This document shows, piece after piece, positions 25,976 to 37,973 of a DNA stretch of 64,000 nucleotides; the first letter of the stretch is position 1, and each line of letters starts with the position of its first letter. Under the pieces are notes generated by a model. That model was not told where the DNA came from. It searched no databases and was given only the letters and a program-made list of their open reading frames with translations. A program made the translations under genes and the position numbers. Origin of the DNA: Oopsacas minuta (lineage: Eukaryota > Animalia > Porifera); NCBI GenBank assembly GCA_024704765.1, contig JAKMXF010000299.1, forward strand, positions 744,001-808,000. The letters run 5' to 3'.

Positions 25976-26786
25976 ACAAGCCTTTGGCTCGTCGCTTCGC
26001 GATGAATTCCCCGCATTACGCCACGAGGCATCCATTATTCTCCAAATTGACGACCCCTTTGAGTATTATAATATAGATATATTTAACACAATGTAATTCA
26101 CAAATATTAGTATATGGCACATATATTATTGAAATATTTAGTAAGATCAACTCCCTTTGTAGCCGTTGAGAGCAAGTATCTAAGTAAATTTTGAGATATT
26201 TCTAATTGATTCCTGTATATTCCTAAAAACAACAATATATTTACATATCAACTGACAAACAAACAAACAAACAACAATTGAGAGTTAATATTATAGATGT
26301 TATTTACAATACCATATTCAGACTCAGCACACTTGATTACCTCAGTATAGCAGTTGAAAGTATGATCCACCTCAATTTTGAAATTTGTTTACTTTATATT
26401 CATAAAATCAACAATAAATTTACATATGAGAAACTTGAAAATGCGAAATTCGGATTCAGGTTACTTAGTTACTCCTGGTAGCCGTTTTGAGCAAGCATGT
26501 ACTTATATTTGAGATTTGGATAATTTGTTTACTTTATAGATTCATAAAAACAGCACTAAATTTACATATGATTCATCCAAAAGTGTCAAAATCGGATTCA
26601 GCATGTTCGATATATTAGTTAAGTATTATTTGATTTATATTTACTTCCTTGATAAACACGATAATACATAGTTATGTGAAAATTTCAATAATGCATACCG
26701 TAAATTCTTTCTTTAACAACGGACAAACAAACAAACAAACAAACAAACAAACAAACAGACAACTATTGAGACTTTATTATATAGAT
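25976..26786 (+). mobile_element. Helitron-like non-autonomous repeat, copy 3 (longest)
   Basis: Same termini as 12686; the (CAAA)n-aattgag-atagat end motif occurs twice (~26255-26298 and ~26720-26786). Confidence 0.6.
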
Positions 26787-27911
26787 TACAGAATTAGATA
26801 TATTTATTTGATAACTTACTTTGAACTGCCATAACCTATGCTCAACTTTGATTTGCATTGAGAAAAATGTAATCTCTAGGGAGTTGTTGTCGTAATGTAT
26901 ATTTGAGGGGTTCTCGATCCCCTCAAATTAACTTTATTTATTCTGCGATCATTACAATTCAAGGCCACCCCTTCTCTCTCGAGCTTCCGTCGGGCCTGAG
27001 GAGAGTGATGAATACCGCGCCATTACAATATACCCCACCGCACCAATAATTTCTTGCTTATACACAGATTATATTCATTGCGTTTTAATTGTATAGTTTT
27101 CTTGAATAACGCAATGTGTTCAAAAATATACACATATAAATGCCAGGTTTCAATGAGTAAATCTGGGGGGGACAATGTTGCGACCCCTGAATACTATGCT
27201 TATTGTCGTACAACAACAAAATTAAACATTTAGTTTTAGGATGTGTTCATACAAAATATAAAATATTTCATGATAAATATGGCACGTTCTAGAGTTATTA
27301 TATGTAGTATTACAAGGTTTCATACAGGATTTGCATGCAAGGGGACAATTTGGGATATGTAAATTTTAAGGGGGGGGTGGGGGGGGCAGGTACTAAATCA
27401 CATCTCTGCACTTTATCCATCAAGTGAAAACTTATTATTGTGTTTTTATTGTAAAGAAGGTTACTTTTGTGATACTTGGTTGATCATGAAATTACCTGCT
27501 GGATGTGTAGCTAAACAGTGTGTAACCGTGTATAATGGCCACTCAATATAATTTCGGTTAACAGCACGTACTCAAACTGTCACTAGAATTTCTGCTTAGC
27601 CTTAAACTACTCTTTACGTTTATATTCACTATATTAGCCTCATGGCACATTATTAGGGGATTTTTTGTTCATCTCATGTAACATGTAGACTGACACAGCC
27701 TCTAGCTCTAGTGGCAATGAAGATGATAGGACTGATGTATCTCATCCTAAAGGGATTCAACTTGATTCAGAAATAAATGTGCTGAGAAGAAAGGCAAAAA
27801 GAAGTACAATAAACAGTGGGAAAACGTATATGTATGGTTAGAATATAGTGAAGAGGATCAGGGTGCCTTTCGCATAATAAGTTCTTTGGATATATTCAAA
27901 TTAATACTGGA

Positions 27912-28082
27912 CAGTAAAACTTGGATAAGACTTACTCGGCTTAAGTTAATGCGTACTTTCGGTTGGTGCGTACTTTTCTCACAAAGGGATCTTCGATTTT
28001 GTACAATGGTAAAGGAAAAATATTCGGATAAGACGTATTATTGTTGTTTCCCCAAGGAGTACGTCTTATGCGAGTTCTACTG
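27912..28082. mobile_element. Tigger-type MITE
   Basis: cagtaaaacttggataagac mirrors gtcttatgcgagttctactg, followed by TA. Confidence 0.55.
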
Positions 28083-29809
28083 TATTTTGGAGATTCTAAA
28101 CCCATATATATGACACCCCTCGTTCATTCGGACCCCTAGACCCCTAGAGTATTTATCAAATATTCTATGCTTGAATCATGTAGATATACTGATAAATATC
28201 ATTAATTATGATCAAATTTACACAAACAACACTGTGTGATAAATACAATAATTGTCAGTATAATAAATTGGAATTCCTAATAATTTACTATATGAGAAGT
28301 TTAAGTTTCAATGTCTCTAAGAATAGATACTGCAACATAAGATGAAAAGCTAATCAAAAGAAAAGTAATTTTATTCATGAAACGTCATATAAAGTAAATT
28401 AATGATTCCTTGACAGCCAATTGTAAATTCCATATCTTTAGACTAGTATAACGAATTGATGCCAAAATAGTATACATCAGTACACAATACTTTGATGAGA
28501 TCTTTGCGGTAATATTCAGAATAAACACAACACAAAATATTTTTATGTGAAATATTTTAAGAAACACAGTATAAATGAAATACCATCTCCACCATAAATG
28601 TCTAACTGTGAGGGTTGTAGACAATTTAGCCTCTATGAATTAGTTACTACCCAATAGAGTTAGAATAATTTTGTGTGTCCCACTACATCACCTCATCAGT
28701 CAAAAATTAGAGAGTTTGGCACATCCGATCTCGTAGTAAACTGTAGTTATATAGGGTGGAAACGAGATTAGAAAACATCCAATGTCTGTATTGGTTCCTT
28801 AGAATGTTTGATGAGTGGTGGAAGAGAATTTTAGTCTGCAATTATATATTTGGTCCCATAGTTCCATTTTCCAAACATGCTCACTCTAAATGACAAATAG
28901 AAAGGTAAATTTATACATTAATCGCTTTGCGAATATAATTACTCTTACAAGGCCTTCGAAGTAAGTACATGTGATATCAATCAGGATCATATCTTTCTTT
29001 TCAACTGTAGTTTCGATATGATAAATTAATGTGACTATCAGTAGAAATCCTGTTCATTATCTTTAAATAAATAATTTAAGTTGTTCTTAGCTTTGCGTAA
29101 CATAACGCTATGACCTGTTATTTGATGTCCATTATAATATTCACCAGTTTAATTCACTTGAATTTTCGTGACATTTCCAAAAATGACCTTTCAACATTTT
29201 ACATAGTGTGTATTTGAGGATGATTCATTTAGTCATGAGCATATCGTAATTTCCCTCTGTCTCACTTTAGACCACATGTTGCGAAACCAATTTGACAACT
29301 CAATTTAGATAATATATATTGATACATGTCGTAACAAGCAGTGTTCAATTGGTCAAGTTGACCTAAAAATTACATGAGCCACCACCCAGTAGAGCTGGTC
29401 CGCGTCCGGTTGATTAATATTGTCTGTATAACCAGTCCAAATGTTTTTCTGGCTGAAACCTGCCCAACCAGACTGTCTTCTAGCCCATACTTGCCAACTA
29501 TCCTGTTTTTGGTGGGACGTCCCGATTTTTCGTACATGTGTTCGTTGTGTTGTGGGTGGACCAAATATAGCATGATAGCATTAATTCAACTCGTCCTACC
29601 CATTGCTATATAATCAGAGTTTTTATTTGTCCTATTTTGTTTTTTATTGTTGCTCATAGGCTAGTTTGTTCATTCAGTCCTTTTTGTCATTTAGTAAGCC
29701 AATGCCTCAATTAATAAGACAAAATACGTAGTAATAGCCATATAGCTACACTCTACAAATGTAAATTCTTTATCATTTAATTAATGTCCTGTTTTTAACT
29801 AATGAGGAG

Positions 29810-31576
29810 ATGGCCACCCTGAATTCCTTAGATCATAATACTTATTATATTGATAGATTTGAATTTGTTTTTAACACTTTAAAGTATAACACGTCTACTA
29901 ACAGGACTTTCAGTATCGATGATAGAGATTCTTTAGAAATAGATGATGAAACAAAGTTCACATTTCCGGATTTGACTCCTGAAGATTATGCCGACTTAAA
30001 TGTAGAATCTAGTTTTCATCTGGTGATTCTTTCTAAATGGTCACTCTCCAACCACCAGAGTGCATACAAAAGAAGACTCTTTAGAAGATGATGATCCGGT
30101 TGATCCCTCTAATACTATTACTTCAATGGAACCACTAAATGATTTTGAAATTGTGAGAACTGGGAGTCAGAGAGGTAGTGCATTGTTAATTGATAGCCGT
30201 AGTTACAAGTACACTATTAAATTTAAGGGAAAGCTTTCTACCCGCTGGACTTGTTGTAAAAGGAGCAAACTATTTACTTGCAAAGCCACTGTTATCCAAA
30301 CAGGCAGCACATTCAAACCGGGTTTGTTATTTCAATCTATCAATTAGGGTAATATGATTACTGACAAACTACTTCACTATTTGTAATCCTTCTAGACACA
30401 GAGGCACATACACATCCATCTTTATCAGAACTCTTAACAAGTAGCAACGTTAGAGTAGAGATAAAAGAAAAGGCTACTTCTCATGTATTCACATCTCCAC
30501 AAGCTATTACCAATGGTGTATAAATAAATCGATTTGAACCTACTAGACATCCATCGAGTCCTTAACACAATCTATAGCTTTAGCCAGATCAGCAAATCAC
30601 GATCGCCAACGATTCCGCCCAGATATCCTTCAACATTTGATTCGCAATCTCTCACAACCATTTACCAGCAGGATTCTTAATAAGAGATCTTTTGGCTTTG
30701 ATTATGGACATATATTTGCAACTGCTCCTATACTTGAACTTTTTGTTCGTGCTAGAGTTTGGCATTTTGATACTACTTTTAAGTTAGTTTAGAAGCGTTT
30801 TAGTCAATTGTTTTCGATTCATGCATTTGTAAAACATGGAACTGCATGTAAATAGGTTCCCCCAGCCTCCGCTCTTATGTCATAACGCAGAAATAGTGAT
30901 TATATATTGGTTCAGAATGAAATTCAAAATATTTCACATGCTAATACATCTGTTGCAAAAATGGTGTTGGATTTTGAAATAAATATGTAGGCCGCTATTC
31001 CAGCTGTATTTCCTGATGTGTATTTTATGGGGTGTCCGTTTCATTGGAAGCAGGATATATGGAGAAAATACAAGAATTGGGACTTGTGATAGCATACAGG
31101 TAATTGATTATTTTCTGTAGTTGATGAATGTAACATTATCGACAGCATATTTATATTTAGACAAGATGATTCCCATTGGAAATACATCAAACGACTGATG
31201 TCACTGCCATAATTACCAGCTGAACACATTGTAGAAATCTTAAGCTAATTTCATCGTTTCAATGAACGTGGAGTTATTATATGATTACTGATATTTAATT
31301 ATTTTCTCGTTATAATACTGAATTGATTTGGTTTATAGCTTACATTCTTGGTCGATTACGTCAAAAGGCGAATACACCACAATTAACAGACCTAACTAAC
31401 TATATTTATCAAAAGTGGAGAATAAACAGCATTTTGGAAAACAATATTCTGGAGTGTATACAATCAGTTAATTAGGACAAATAATGATGTCGAAGGTTGG
31501 TACTCCACTTTGAATCGAGCCGCAGCAAGAAATAATTTGGAATTCTATCAGCTTGTCGGGTTACTCTCAAGCTAAG
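29810..31576 (+). pseudogene. Intron-containing FLYWCH-MULE (Mutator) transposase pseudogene
   Basis: FLYWCH-like GSQRG...YKY...RWTCCKRSKLFTCKA completed by HTHP after splicing GT..AG intron 30322-30395; WHFDTTFK, VLDFE, GCPFHWKQDIWRK, a second intron ~31101-31160, LMSLP.LPAEHI, RTNNDVEGW; many stops and frameshifts. Confidence 0.8.
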
Positions 31577-31893
31577 TTGTGTAGTATGCCTTCCAATGAA
31601 GACGTATTACGTTTAATACATATTATACGTTCAATCTACTATTTTTGGTGACGTAACTTATATAAGCATAAATATTTTGCATCAAAATAGTAGTTCTCGA
31701 ATTGTTAATGAGAAATCTCAGTATATTTAGCCAAATTATATATTACTTGATAATGATGTGACTTATACATTTATGACACTGTCAAAATCTCATATTTCGT
31801 GATTAACTTAGAGGTATAATACGTTCAAATACATCACGTATAACGTATTATACGTAATACGTTATACGCGTATTATACAACTTTGCTCTAAAG

Positions 31894-32504
31894 CAAGTGT
31901 GCTCAAATTGTAGCCCGCGAGACCATTCGCTGTCGCCCGCGGATAATTCGCTTGTTTTCATTATTCATATATGTACAGTAGATTGACGTGCTACAAATGT
32001 CAGATAAAATTGTTTTTTATAAACACCATATAGAAATAATTATAGATACTCTATAAAGGTATCAATGTTGCAAGTATGAATACAGTATTTGGTAAATATT
32101 GTTTGCATTTACGAAATATAATCAATTGTTAGAGCTTCACGAGTATGACGTAGGATATTGGTATATTAGTTAAACCAAGCAATATAATCACTCTCATTAG
32201 CTCAATTTCGTAGTTTAGGTAGACTTTTCTGCAATGTTATTCTACTATGAACAGTACATGGTATACCCCAAAGCTAGGTTAGTACTATTGTGTACTTGCT
32301 GGAAAACAAGCTGAGTTCAAAAGATACATCAAATGATTCGAATCCATTTAAGAGATTATAATTTAAGTCAATAACCTGAATATACAAGTAGAATCCATTG
32401 TTAATGCAATATGAAGTCAAATAGTATAGCTTGAAAATTGATTAAACTAAAGCCAGAGGCAATCTATGATTTGTGGCCCGTAGATTTAAAGTTGAGCACC
32501 CCTG
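31894..32504. mobile_element. hAT (Charlie-like) MITE
   Basis: TIRs caagtgtgctcaa / ttgagcacccctg; perfect 8-bp TSD ctctaaag at 31886-31893 and 32505-32512. Confidence 0.85.
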
Positions 32505-33135
32505 CTCTAAAGAGATGTAAATTTGCGTCTAATTAATTTGTTCTAGGGCTGAAACAAATATTCTAGTTTTATTGGATATATTCGTTTTTGCCCTAAAATA
32601 TTTATTTCGTGTATGTATGTATACAATTGGTTACTATATAATTGTTAATGTTAAATTTAGGCTAAATTAGTTAATATACAACTCAGTCTTGTGTATGCTG
32701 AAACTTTACGAGACACCAAAGGCTGCGTTATCGATGGTGTCAAGGACTGATACGCCAAGCATGGGAGGACTATGAGGCAACACTAATGACTTTTATTTAC
32801 TCAAAGTGAATAATGGACATGGTCATATGATAAGCCCAACAGAATAATACATTATTTCCAGATAGTCTTTATGCAATATATGTAAAATACTATTAGTCAT
32901 GAGTATATTCTTCAGTCTTTTTGGTTAAACACATAATCAATATGATTTTTCTTTGTAGTAATTGAAGTATTCGTCCATTGTTATTTTAGGTTTAAAGTTT
33001 AATGGGTGTGCAATTGTCAATTCAAAGAAACCAATTTACTATTCATCGTATTTAGGTAATAAAGAGCAGTGTTCTGAACCTTCTTTCACCCGCGGATCCC
33101 AAAATTCATTAATATCAGCCTAATTTAATACTGAT

Positions 33136-33707
33136 ACGAGCCTTTGGCTCGTCGCTTCGCGATGAATTCCGCATTGTGCCTCGAGTTATTCAACGGAAAA
33201 ATATTAGACGAACAACAATTGAGATTTAATAATATTGATGTTGTTTACAATATTCAGACTCAACATACTCGATTACCTCAGTATAGTCGTTGAAAGTATG
33301 ATTCTACCTCAATTTTGAAATTTGTTTACTTCATATTCATAAAAGCAACAATAAATTTATGAGAAACTTGAAAATGCGAAATTCGGATTCAGCGTACTTA
33401 ATTACCCCTGGGTAGCCGTTTAGAGCATGGCTGTACGTGTATTTTGAGATTTGTATAATTTGTTTACTTTATATTCATAAAAACAACAGTAAATTTACAT
33501 ACGATTAATCCAAAAGTGTGAGAATCTGATTCAGCATGTTCGATATATTTTAGTGAAGTTTTATTGAATTCTATTTACTTCCTTGATAAACACGATAAAT
33601 ACATAATTATGCGACAATTTCAAATAGCAAGCCGTAAATCCTTTCCTTGACAACGGAAAATAAACAAACAAACAAACAGACAACAATTGTGATTTAACAA
33701 TATAGAT
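33136..33707 (+). mobile_element. Helitron-like non-autonomous repeat, copy 4
   Basis: Same 5' hairpin and 3' microsatellite/atagat end; lies just after a hAT-like left end (cagtgttctgaacc, ~33065). Confidence 0.6.
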
Positions 33708-34454
33708 TAGTTTGTTAAATAAACCGAATACTACTTATAATATTCGGTTTTGACCACCAAATACTGATATTCGATTAGCAAACGAATATTGAACAATTCG
33801 CCACGGCTGAAAAAAAAGGATTTGGTAACTGATATGAGTTGACTTGTCCCTGAATATCCTAATTATCTCCATATATCAATGCCAAACAAAATTGAAGCTG
33901 TGAAAAGTTATAGATCTGTTCACCAAACTCCTGCTACTGTCATCCTTGATTATTTACATATCGTGTCGAATTTATTTTCGTATTAAACCCCAAGGTAGAA
34001 GCTGACACTTCTGGTTTGGGGTTTAAACAAGTAGCTAAAAAGTTATGCCTATTGGAAACCAATGCGAGCTATCCCTGACCATCATGAATGTCAGGAATGT
34101 ATATTTGGTATAATTATAAAATCATACAATTTTGAGGTGGTAGTAACAATATTTAAATGTCTTCGTAATTATAGTAGACAACTATTTTAAGCCAGAGTAG
34201 TAGAAGATATTGCACCACTTGAGAGCTATGTAAAGGGGGAAGTAATAGACACAGACCTCTCTCTTTCTCTCTGATAATAATTTTCCTTTCCTTCTGTACT
34301 AAAGTATGTAATTAGATATTATATGCAAATTCTTCCGTAATGGAGTAATTTGGTGTTTAATAGTTTTGTGAATCATCCATTAATACGTAGCAATGCAGTC
34401 GTAGAGAATTGGAATAGAATTGTAAAACAATTCTATTCCAATCTCTGTGACTGC

Positions 34455-34499
34455 CTTAACTTATTAGCTGATTATTTTGAAATCAGCTAATAAGTTAAG
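34455..34499. other. Short perfect hairpin (19-bp stem, 7-nt loop)
   Basis: cttaacttattagctgatt (34455-34473) pairs with aatcagctaataagttaag (34481-34499). Confidence 0.9.
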
Positions 34500-35264
34500 A
34501 CAGAAAAATGTAGCCAAATATAACAACGAGAGTGATCGTTAGAGACGAGTGTTATCTTAGCAGCCGATTCAAATCCCCACTAAAGTACCTTTTTCTCAAA
34601 AAGTATGGGTTCTATTTTGAAAAGAACCATACCAGTGTCAAGAAGAAAGTTGGTACGTTTCATATCATCACTCATAATCGCCAAATTTTGCATGATGAGT
34701 AAGCAATTTTGCATTACATTTTGGTCGAGGTTTTTTATTAATATCTCCTGAAATAATTGTGATAATAACTTCTCATTTTAATCATATTTACATTTCACTT
34801 GGTACATTGTGTATATTCAATTTGAAATTAAAATAATTATTTTTGAAAAAGTTATGAACGCTCAAACTTTACACAGGAATTACATAGACAACCAGTTTTT
34901 GCTTGATGATTTGTATGCTTTGTAGCTATGTATTGATTACTTGAATATTCTTAGTGTAAATTTACTTAAGATGACTAAATTCTTAAGGTCAAATGTATTT
35001 CTTCTCAATTATTAGGACCAGTTATGTCAGTTTAGATTTTTGAACTTAGCATTAAATTAAGAATGTAATATCAATCAACAAAGCATTTGTAACACTGTAA
35101 TTGATTTATTTCGTTTCTCACAACCTTAATACTTTTGATATTCTTCAATTTCATTTTATTTCAACTTCATTCTTCCACAAATTTTCTTCATACAACGGTC
35201 CTACTAAATTTCATTTCAATTCAATCATGTGAGTATCTTTCTTAATTCATTTTGTAATGTTACA

Positions 35265-35445
35265 CAGTCAGCTCTCGGTATATCGAACATGGATAATTAG
35301 AAATCCTCGCTATATCGAAGTCTGAGATTATACAATATAGTCACAAATCGTTAAAGAAACATAAATGTCATCAGTTATATTGAAATCCGCGTATTTAGAA
35401 GTGATTATTGCGGTTCTTTGTTTCCGATATAAGGGGAGTTGACTG
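35265..35445. mobile_element. Tigger-type MITE nested in the long-TIR element
   Basis: cagtcagctctcggtatatcg mirrors ccgatataaggggagttgactg(ta). Confidence 0.6.
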
Positions 35446-35514
35446 TAGTTATATGCAAATGTGTCAGAAAATTAGTCGTTCTTTTTGGTATAGATTGTGT
35501 TCTTACTTCCAACC

Positions 35515-36590
35515 ATGACATCTCTGGAACAATTTGTAACTGCAATTACCCAACTGGGCTACAATGATTTTGATAAACTTAAGGTAGCCTTGGATAACGG
35601 AGACAGGCGAAGGGCGAAGTCAGTATGGGGAAAGTTATCCATTCTCATATTCAATAAGAATAAGCCAAACACACGTGCTCCTCTCTACTTAAAATGGAAA
35701 CTAAATCGCAATCATTTTCAGGATTATATAAAACAAAGTATGGAAGGTAACAGCCGTAAGTTGAATAGCGATTCTGGTACTGATATATTCCAGTTGGCTG
35801 TAGAACACGTTAGCACCAGGTTAGATTCAGATAGTATTTATGTTAATAGTTTAGATCCTAGTAATATTAGTAGTAGTCAATTAGATACAGATTTTAGTGT
35901 AGATAGCTTGGAGCGGGAAGTGTCAAATAGCAAATTCTTAGGCTATTGACATCTGGTTGCGAACAACCTGAACTATATAGTTTGAAGAGTACCCTGTCTT
36001 CTTCTCCTCCTCAGACTGAGGTCACCGATACCCTCTTTTGGACGTACATTGATTGTGATAATCTTCTATGGTTAGACGCACTGAAATTTTTAGGGTCAGA
36101 ATGTCCTCTTATTAGTGGCGAATTCATGCTCATTAATGGGATAATCTATGAGGAGTGCAAAAAATGTAATGAGTTTCTATATGAGCAACTAAGAAACTTC
36201 AGGCTTGTTAAGAGAGATAGTTGCTTATTAGAAGCATGGATATTAGTTGGCAACATCAACGGTCGAATTTGGATTTGTTTGGAAGTGCTTATCTCATTAT
36301 CACAGTTGCACAACTCGTGGAATTTCTTAACTTTGCTTTATCCATTCGAGAAAATATGGATCTAATATTTTCATTTCATTCAACTCTATCAGAAAACTAG
36401 GCACGGTTAAGTCTTCAAAAATTCCGTTGTTGGTTGATTCACATCCAAACATGTTATCTAAACTTGCACTTGATATTGGTCACTCAGAAACTAGTGTTGT
36501 CATCGATAAATATAACGTTAATCATGTGTCACTTGTCCCAATCCTAGATGATGGTGATATTCTGAATGAGGTAATCATTACCAGCCCATA
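35515..36590 (+). pseudogene. Frameshifted ORF of unknown function inside the long-TIR element
   Basis: ATG 35515 opens 144 codons, overlapping a second frame 35946-36365, with a further open stretch to ~36590; by far the longest open frames within the element; no DDE motif recognised. Confidence 0.45.
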
Positions 36591-37973
36591 CTATCTCTAA
36601 TTTATTATTAAAAGCAACCTAATCATTGGTTTCAATTTATGGCAGCGAAAATTATATATTTACCAACAAGATTATTAGTGAAACAATAAATATTTTGTAT
36701 AAATGAATTTTGAATATTTTGTGAGATCTCATCTAAATATATAAATTGATTGTGACAAAAATCACAAATGTAAGTATATACGTATATGTATCGACAGTTG
36801 GATTATATGGAACTATTTTATGACCTTTTCTCTAACCAAGATACGTTTAAAAGCTGGATTATATTACGCAGGATTTGGAAACTAACACAACACCAATATG
36901 CAAAGTTCTGGAAGATATATTCAGAGTAAAGTAAACAATGAACATGAAAATCTATATTCTTATCCTTACAATTATCTTAATCAATCTAGGAATTATATCT
37001 ACAAATCTCTCTTACAAACATTAATTTTACAATTTGTACAAATTTGAATTAGAAAGAAGTTACTATCTATTTTTGGAGCATTCATTTGCAAACCCATGTC
37101 CTGGAGTTAACTCTCGATTATCTTACCATTCTGGCATTAATAATTACAAATCGAAGTGTTGATCGTCTCTTCAAATCTTATCTGCTCAAGATATTTGTTA
37201 CTCTTCCTTATATAGCTGTAAAGATTTTGCATAATAGTACCACCTGTTTTAGGTTTAGCCTGTTCTAATAGACAAGGGAAATTCAATCAGTATTTCTCAT
37301 TAGTTCATCAATCAGTTCAATACAGAAAAGATAGACAGACAAACTATAATATCTGGTTAATTAGTATCTTGTAATACTTTTCGATTTGCTTACTCTTTTC
37401 TATTCAAAAAGTAATGTTTTGTATAATGTATGGTAACTGTAATTACAATGGTGTTGTGTTATTTATTATATTTCAAATATCTTCTGATTATTATCTAGAA
37501 ACCACAATAGAATTGGAACTATAGAATTGAAAATGATACTAAATCCTTATCAAAATTTACGTACACTGTAATGTCATACATACTTCATTATTGATAGTAC
37601 AAACTGGTAGTCTATGTAATTCCTATGTAAAGTTTGGGCGTTCATAACTTTTCAAAAATAATTATTTTAATTTCAAATTGAATATACACAATGTACCAAG
37701 TGAGATGTAAATATGATTAAAATGAGAAGTTATTATCACAATTATTTCAGGAGATATTAATAAAAAACCTCGACCAAAATGTAATGCAAAATTGCTTACT
37801 CATCATGCAAAATTTGGCGATTATGAGTGATGATATGAAACGTACCAACTTTCTTCTTGACACTGGTATGGTTCTTTTCAAAATAGAACCCATACTTTTT
37901 GAGAAAAAGGTATTTTAGTGGGGATTTGAATCGGCTGCTGAATCGGCTGCTAAGATACACTCGTTCGTTAGAG

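Larger units (their letters stand above)
34545..37964. mobile_element. 3.4-kb long-TIR element with 9-bp TSD (MULE/foldback-like), cargo ORF unidentified
   Basis: TIRs 34545-34898 and 37601-37964 are highly similar reverse complements; perfect TSD tcgttagag at 34536-34544 and 37965-37973. Confidence 0.9.
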
